From: Antedon mediterranea
Lineage: Eukaryota; Animalia; Echinodermata
Direction of reading: 5' to 3'
Assembly: GCF_964355755.1 (NCBI RefSeq)
Contig: NC_092678.1
Location: 1,256,422 to 1,320,421, forward strand
DNA length: 64,000 nucleotides
Below the pieces are notes generated by a model. The model searched no databases. It saw only the letters and a list, made by a program, of their open reading frames with translations, and was not told where the DNA came from. The translations under genes were made by a program, and so were the position numbers. Positions 57,301 through 64,000 of the stretch are shown piece after piece (the stretch's first letter is position 1; each line of letters opens with the position of its first letter).

Positions 57301-59931
57301 CAAATTTTCTGTGACAAAAACATGTGATGTGGCTATATTATGAACATGATGATGTCATATCACTACCATATTTGTGCATATCACTACCATATTTGTGCAT
57401 ATCACTACCATATTTGTGCATATCACTACCATATTTGGGTACATCACACTATTTTGTCAAACTAGTTTGATGGTGTATACGGAGCTTTTGAGGTGGCTTT
57501 GCTTTCCACTGTCAACCGCTTCTAATCTGAACTCAGACAGCATCATATGATGCAACTTCCAACTACCCTTCATTGGCCGTCTTAAAACATTTAGAGATTG
57601 TTTCTTTTATGTTTCTGCTCTGAGGATCTGAAACCAACTTTCATTGACTGTGTGCATGTTGTCATGGTTTAAGCGCATAGAGACTATTTTCTGTATTTCA
57701 ATTCAATTCAATTTCTTTATTGCTGCAAATGCCATCAATGGCTAATATGCCTTATAATATTACCATTTGGTATTCTCCCGTCTCCTGATGCAGTACTGAC
57801 AACACTTTGCGTTGACAACTTGCTCACACATACCCGGATTGTGTCGTATAGCACTATTGGAGTTGGACTTCAGTGTCTTCTATATATGTAGATATGATCA
57901 AATGCTTGCTAAGCAGTTAGTTATAGGTCCACAACCAGTTATTAATTATAAAATTATAAATTACTATCTCTATTGTAGTTTTGACAAGGTACAAGCTGAA
58001 GAATATTACAGAAGATCACTATCCATCCGTGAAACACATTTGATGCCGGATCACCTACTAGTGGCAACAACACTTCTGGAACTAGGTAAGTTTTATTTTA
58101 TTATACAGTACTCTATACTAGGCATTGGATTTGTATTAGTTCAAGAATTGGCCATTTTCTTGAGTTTTGCTATTATCTATCAACAAGTTGTTTTATATCA
58201 ACACTAGAAACTAGGCCTAATAGCCAACAGCGAAGCATTGGCAGTAGGTTATCCGTGACCTCTCTATCATGGCCGTCCTTTCTGTTAAAAAATTAATTAG
58301 TATATAAAATAATAATTTTTGTATATTTTATGAAGCCACATAAATTTAAAAAATATATCTTTTTAGGCAGTAGAGTTTGTTTTAATGGAAACTCTATTTG
58401 AATTAATAATTTTGTGGAAAAATTGTTACAATATTGTATATACGAAAATCATTTTAGAATACTTGTGGTGATACGCTCATACATGCTGAGCAACGCGGGC
58501 ATAGTCTTGCATGCCCGAGTAGGGGCGCTATTTTAAACTGGCATTACTGATTGGCTGATGTACTTCAGCCATATGAGGCAGTAGCGTTGGCACGGTCGCT
58601 CGCTTTTTGAGCTTTGATTTCATCGGAGTTAACAGTCTAATACTTTATACTCTTAAATTTATTGAAAAATGTGTGGTTTAATGTTTTAGTCGGTTATTTA
58701 GTAATTGATAAAAAATATTACAAAAACATTAAAAAAGCAGGCAATGGCAAACAAGTTTTAAAATAAATTATTATTTCCACTTAGGTCTTGAAATACAAAT
58801 AACTAAAAAGTTATAAGTAAAAACAATAAAAATGAAAGAAAAATCCTTTTAATAGCAAAATGTACGCTAGCATAATTCAGCTGTCTATATGTTTTAGGAA
58901 AGCTACTGAGATCAATAGGAACATACCAGTACAAAAAAGAAGCAGCCAGCCTGCTTCAGAGGTCTTTAGACATACACACCACAACGCACAGGTCTAACCA
59001 CAAGACAACTAAATCAATCCGCTCTAGTCTAAAAAGTCTTGAGAAAGAACTCCAGCAAGGCAATTACACTGATGCCACTTCCAAACAACCGGATAAAAGA
59101 TCCAAACGGCAGCCATTCAGCAGGATGTCGTGGCATGATAAAGACCTTGTGGAGTTTGAAAGGCAGTCGAGGGAGAAAGAGAAAAAGATCGTGGAGAAAA
59201 TGACAGTGAACAGGAATTCGCAAGAACAGGAGAGGTACAGTAAATATGGTAGTGAAAGGTCTTATCCTCAATCACCATCACCTTTTAAACTTGAAGCACT
59301 CCCTGCAACAGATTATTTTAATCTATCACCTGGAGAAACAGAAAAAGTTAGAACAAAATCACCAGGTATCATTTCCAACTATTCCGGTATTCAAAGATCC
59401 AATACGCCGAAAAGTAAACAGGTAAATGACAACAAGAAGATCGAGTTTCACCAAGATGCAATAGATTATGAAGAGTTACTGTGGGAAACGCCGGAGATAT
59501 TAGCAAAACGAATATCTTGCAGTGCTCCCATTGGCCAACGAACAAGACATCTTGTCAGTAAAGAGCTTAAAGATCGCCCCTTTAGCAGTATGAGCCAAGT
59601 ATCTCATGTAAGCCACTGGTCAAAATGCAATATCTCAAGTAAGTTCAGCATTGATGTTAGCAATGCCATGTCTGTTCAGGGCCCACATAGTAATCTTGAT
59701 TCTTTACTCGGCGACCCACCTTGCCCGAGGGATGTATATCGCAAGCCCAAGTACAATTCGTCTTGGTATCATGTTCCAGGCAGATATCCAAAACATGCGC
59801 TTGATTACCCAACAAAGAGACAACAATCTAGGCCTAATAAAAATAGTTATTTAGCTAGCATTTCAAATAAATCAAGCCATGAATCTCAACATAAAGGTGA
59901 ATTTAATTTGCCTTCTGGATATCAAGAATAA
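45320..59931 (+). CDS. DUF4062-NACHT-TPR protein, TTC41-like (NPHP3/TEP1-related), 16 coding exons (45320-45913, 46317-46503, 46747-46921, 47284-47489, 47870-48027, 48189-48615, 48743-48988, 49226-49439, 50909-51077, 52124-52298, 53395-53546, 53905-54088, 55606-55756, 57113-57259, 57979-58085, 58898-59931)
   Basis: N-terminus PIRPFISSTFTDFQIERDHL, DLRW, LLGERYG, SITELE; Walker A GKRGSGKT; Walker B ILVIDGLDEL; WLP; FFHNHLREAV; ELPWQL. Kinesin-light-chain-type TPRs (ALKMREKWFGQSHPVVAEVLHDLA; SLSIRETHLMPDHLLVATTLLELG). Splice phases checked. TTC41 orthology is likely but unverified. Confidence 0.85.
49564..50780. repeat. 31-bp tandem array (~39 copies), intronic
   Basis: Unit gattgaagtatgtgggttactatgctttgaa. 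Confidence 0.97.
51233..51845. repeat. 75-bp tandem array (~7-8 copies), intronic
   Basis: Unit tgtagcttctccccacaagaatctgtgtctatcctgagtgaaagcccccgtccactgcacgttgtgtgtaaacca. Confidence 0.95.
51886..52033. repeat. 29-bp tandem array (5 copies), intronic
   Basis: Unit gattggtctttagtggtgatattgtctca. Confidence 0.93.
52375..52616. repeat. 15-bp minisatellite with alternating variants (30-bp higher-order period)
   Basis: aactattcaatggct alternates with aactattcaataact or aactattcaatgact. Confidence 0.93.
56028..56883. repeat. 120/121-bp tandem array (~7 copies, alternating variants), with an inverted partial copy at ~55835-55890
   Basis: Unit cataatatcaaaggactgttacaagttcc...tcctgttgttagattgccttgc...cacctgataaagcaga. 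'aaggcaatctaataacagga' (~55849) is a near-exact reverse complement of part of the unit. Confidence 0.93.
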
Positions 59932-61958
59932 GCTTCATCATTTGAATAACGAAGATAAATGATACAACCTTTCTACTTAGGAATAAAAAATGTACTAATC
60001 TTTCTATTATAGGTGCTTTGTATCAACTGAAATCCTCTTAAAGGAATCACAGAGTAATTTAGGAATCATGTCAAAATTATTCTACTGCAGTAACTGCATT
60101 AACTCATTTTGTTTTCTGCAATAGAATATAATTTTAGGTAATATTTGAATAATGTACTGTAGGAGTTTATGAGGCAGTGCAATATGATTACACAGAAAAA
60201 GCCTGCTAAATAATTGCATAATTTGTAGTTTCTGCAGTAACTGCAGTAAAATAATTTGACATGGTCCCTTATGTTCAGTAAAATAATTCAAAATGTCTTC
60301 AACTTTCAAAAATGTATTTATTTGTTTATTTTCAATCTAATATCAAATCAACTTTATAAACAATCAGTTTGAATTGTCACATTGCTAAGTGACATAATAT
60401 AATTTAAATTTTCAAAGCTAAAGTGACATAAAAGAATGTCATTGTCACAGATATATGACATAAAATAATTGAAATATTCACAGAAGTGACTTAGGTAAAT
60501 ATTACAGTAAAGTAGGCCTAATGTAATTTAAATATTGTCACAGTTGATAATAATAATGATAATATTAATGGTAGTCTTATATAGCGGATACTACAATGTT
60601 TCTAATAGCTTTACACACAAACATTATCCATTACATATCCTAAGATAAAACAAATGAAGAAGCAGAGAAACTATTTAGGTTTACACGGCTCCGTTCTCCA
60701 GAACTTTGAAGCTCCCATACGAGAGCTCGTCGTAACAGTAACATAAAATGTCACAGCTAAGTAACATAATATCTTTAAACTTAAAAAACGCTTGGATTGT
60801 AACCTAGAGGCATACTTACAAATTTGCATTGAAAATTTAAATATTTGAGTTCTATAATTAAGCCCAGAAGATATAGGCCTAACCACAACAATACGAAAAC
60901 ATTTTTTTCACGGCCTTAAATTTTTTTACGATTTCAAAATTAAAATTATTTGGTGGGTTGTAATTTTTAAAATATAAAATTGATATTATCATTATGTACA
61001 ATTAACTTTTTTGATTGCCCTTAATTTTTGCTGTTTTGCCGTGAAATAAAAGAGACAGTTCTTTTAAATAGAAACATATTAAGTAGGATAGTTATTCGAG
61101 ACTCGGTCTTAAGGAAAAGAAATTACATTTATTCCTATCTTGTCCTATTTTCAAAATAGGTATAATTTGTATATAAATACATATAATAATTTACAGGTAT
61201 AGAGAGTTTTATATTTTTATATTTTTTTCAATAGATATTTTCCGTATTTATCCGTATTATTGTACACGTTTTTAATGACATTCGCACAAACCAATAAATG
61301 AGTCTTAAAAATATAAATCATATCTAGTCTCATGTCCGACGAATGTAATTTGACTATTCTACGTTCTATTCTAAAAACTACATATTATATAAATTTTTAA
61401 AACATTTTAGAATATTTCCGGTTTAAAATAACATTCTTCAGACCGATACAATTATTTGTCTTGATTTAGCATCGATAAAGTGTCATCAACTTAACCGCCT
61501 GTGGCAACCAGACGTGTATGTATTATTATTTATAAGAAATGCATATTTACATTTTAATATACGTTGTCATATTCAATAAATGTTTTTTGCCATGTAATAT
61601 ATTTCAACTGAAAGCAGAAGCATAGTTAATATTTTGAAAAAAAAACACTGTTTCCAATTTATATTTATTTTCTTTTTAGCTCACATCAAACATTGAGCTA
61701 TACAGGATAAAACTAAACACATAGGTTTTAATTAAATGATTTTAGTTTATGCACATTCCCACAAGGACGCAACGACGTAAGCCCTAAGTAAGTCATTTGA
61801 CCAATCACGACGCGGTAAGTCATTTGAACTGTCGCTTGTTATTGGTCAATCAACTAATTTGTGTTGCGTCCAAGTGGGAACCAAACTTTATAATCCTTGA
61901 TGGATACTGAAACAACAATATGAATAATAAAAGTAATGTAGTAATATTATAGATAATA

Positions 61959-62190
61959 TACAAATAATGAATGTTTATGAGTGTAATGGTACAAATAATG
62001 AATGTTTATGAGTGTAATAGTACAAATAATGAATGTTTATGAGTGTAATAGTACAAATAATGAATGTTTATGAGTGTAATGGTACAAATAATGAATGTTT
62101 ATGAGTGTAATGGTACAAATAATGAATGTTTATGAGTGTAATGGTACAAATAATGAATGTTTATGAGTGTAATAGTACAAATAATGAATA
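61959..62190. repeat. 31-bp tandem array (~7 copies)
   Basis: Unit tacaaataatgaatgtttatgagtgtaat(a/g)g. Confidence 0.93.
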
Positions 62191-62644
62191 TTCGTCCAAT
62201 CAAATGACAGGAATTTATTTAGGGTTATATAATATAAAATATTAAATACTTAGTACTTCAAAATCACCTTGAAAGGAAGCGTTGTTTAGTAGTTGTGTAG
62301 TTGTGTGTAGTTGTTGTGGTGCCATTTTTAGTTCAAACTAAATATATTTTTATATTACTAAATATATTTTAAACAAAATACTAAAACTATAATAAATATA
62401 GTTCTTAGATATACAGTAGTGATCAGTAACATTGTAATAATGTTGGTTTATTTTTATTTATATATCACTGATTTCGTAATTATATAATTGCATTCGTAAG
62501 CATTATTAATGTCGGCATCCCATTGATGTTGTGGTGATTATTAAATGCAGTTTCATTTAAACATACAGTAATTATTACATAAACTACTGCACTACGTTTG
62601 CTCAATCAATTCCAACAAAATAACATTATTTTAAATATTGAATA

Positions 62645-63040
62645 TGATGACATTGTTTGACATTGATGACATTGTTTGACATTGATGACCTTGTTTGACA
62701 TTGATGACATTGTATGACATTGTTTGACATTGATGACATTGTTTGACATTGATGACATTGTTTGACATTGATGACATTGTATGACATTGTTTGACATTGA
62801 TGACATTGATGACATTGTTTGACATTGATGACATTGTTGACATTGATGACATTGTTTGACATTGATGACATTGTTTGACATTGTTTGACATTGTTTGACA
62901 TTGATGACATTGTTTGACATTGATGACATTGTTTGACATTGTTTGATATTGATGACATTGTTTGACATTGATGACATTGTTTGACATTGTTTGACATTGT
63001 TTGACATTGATGATATTGTTTGACATTGATGACATTGTTT
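62645..63040. repeat. Mixed 9/10-bp minisatellite (gacattgat / gacattgttt)
   Basis: Direct inspection; it explains the repetitive ORFs at 62606-63096. Confidence 0.95.
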
Positions 63041-63712
63041 ATTAGAATCACAAGTGTCTTTGTGCTTTTTGTTTTTACCATGAACATTTTACACATTTTT
63101 TCAGATTTTGCCTTTTTTAAGTTATTCTAAATTAAATGAAAAAAAAAAACCATTTCAAAACAGTAATAATTAACATACATTGGGTTTAAAATTGCAATTG
63201 TATGTTTACATCCAAATACAAATGTTTCCGTATCCCTATACTTTCATTATCAGCTTAGAATACAACAGACAGTGATATAACTTGGCTCATGGTGCTTTAC
63301 TGTAGACCTACGTCGTCGCAGTTGGTTACAATTCAGGTCGTTAATGCTTAGATATAATTTAATTTTAGTGTTATTTTTATGTATACATTTGTAAAATTGT
63401 GTCATTTCTATCATATTCTATTTGATATATATCATGACCAGGTTTATATAGTATTGCCTAAAAAATCAACCTTCGGACAGATTTATTGTTAAACCTATGT
63501 AGTACTCCCGGCACTTCAACGAATCTTGAACGAAATATATTGGGACATATATGTTGAAAGATAATCAATAATTGAATTAAAGGGTTTATAAACACTTCGT
63601 AGTATACCATGTCTTCATTGCCCTTTATGTTCTCATTCTGTACGAATTTCTTCATAGTAATTTTCTCTTTTTTTCATAAACTTCGTAATGTACTATTTCC
63701 TTGTAGGCTTCG

Positions 63713-64000
63713 TCATAGCCAAGTTTCGATCTGTATCCAATTCTCTGCTACAGCATCATCTACATCGTTCTCTTCTTTGACTTCAAAAAAAGTAAAATAG
63801 TTCATGCAATTTCTCATGTCTTCATTGCCTTCATGTTCTCTTTCTTCACGGATTTGTTCATAGACATCTTCTCTTTCGTCATAAATGTCGTCATAATGTA
63901 CTCTTTCATTGTAGACTTCATTATAACCAAGTTCTTCGTTCTGTATCCCATTCTCTGTTACAGCATTATCTGCATCTTTCTCTTCTTTGACTTCAAATGA
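63713..64000 (-). CDS. Possible 3' part of a gene entering from the right edge: acidic, Tyr-motif-rich peptide in a ~210-bp tandem duplication
   Basis: A stop-free frame runs from 64000 to TGA at 63715-63713: SFEVKEEKDADNAVTENGIQNEELGYNEVYNERVHYDDIYDEREDVYEQIREE... The second copy (~63790-63600) is frameshifted. Confidence 0.4.
   Translation of the reverse strand, partial: SFEVKEEKDADNAVTENGIQNEELGYNEVYNERVHYDDIYDEREDVYEQIREEREHEGNEDMRNCMNYFTFFEVKEENDVDDAVAENWIQIETWL

Overview
This is AT-rich, intron-containing eukaryotic DNA from an animal. A marine invertebrate such as an echinoderm is my guess from gene content and repeat style, not proven. I reconstructed spliced genes by hand: an orphan two-exon Arg/Pro-rich gene (-, 7658-11195) with a truncated inverted paralog, IMMP2L (+), a divergent SNX5/6/32-type SNX-BAR gene (-) head-to-head with COMMD7 (+), two RING-less TRIM-NHL genes nested antisense in COMMD7 intron 4, a RacA-type RhoBTB with a CAAX end (+), an intronless class A GPCR (-), a 16-exon DUF4062-NACHT-TPR gene (TTC41-like, +) and a possible partial gene at the right edge. 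Non-coding DNA holds a decayed Sola-type transposase, several MITE families, a tRNA-derived SINE, LINE tails and many intronic tandem arrays. The most notable observations are: (1) the TRIM-NHL pair is almost identical over 1.4 kb but sharply divergent in the NHL propeller; (2) a 19-copy array amplifies a real coding-exon end plus its splice donor in the SNX gene, with a possible second case in RhoBTB; (3) the orphan basic protein carries repeated PY-NLS-like and SPPR motifs; (4) a 33-bp P-element-like excision footprint; (5) an abundant MITE spreads CArG boxes; (6) TAGGCCTA/CTAG-rich islands mark gene 5' ends. There is no CRISPR or prokaryotic system. All homology calls come from motif recognition, with no database searches.
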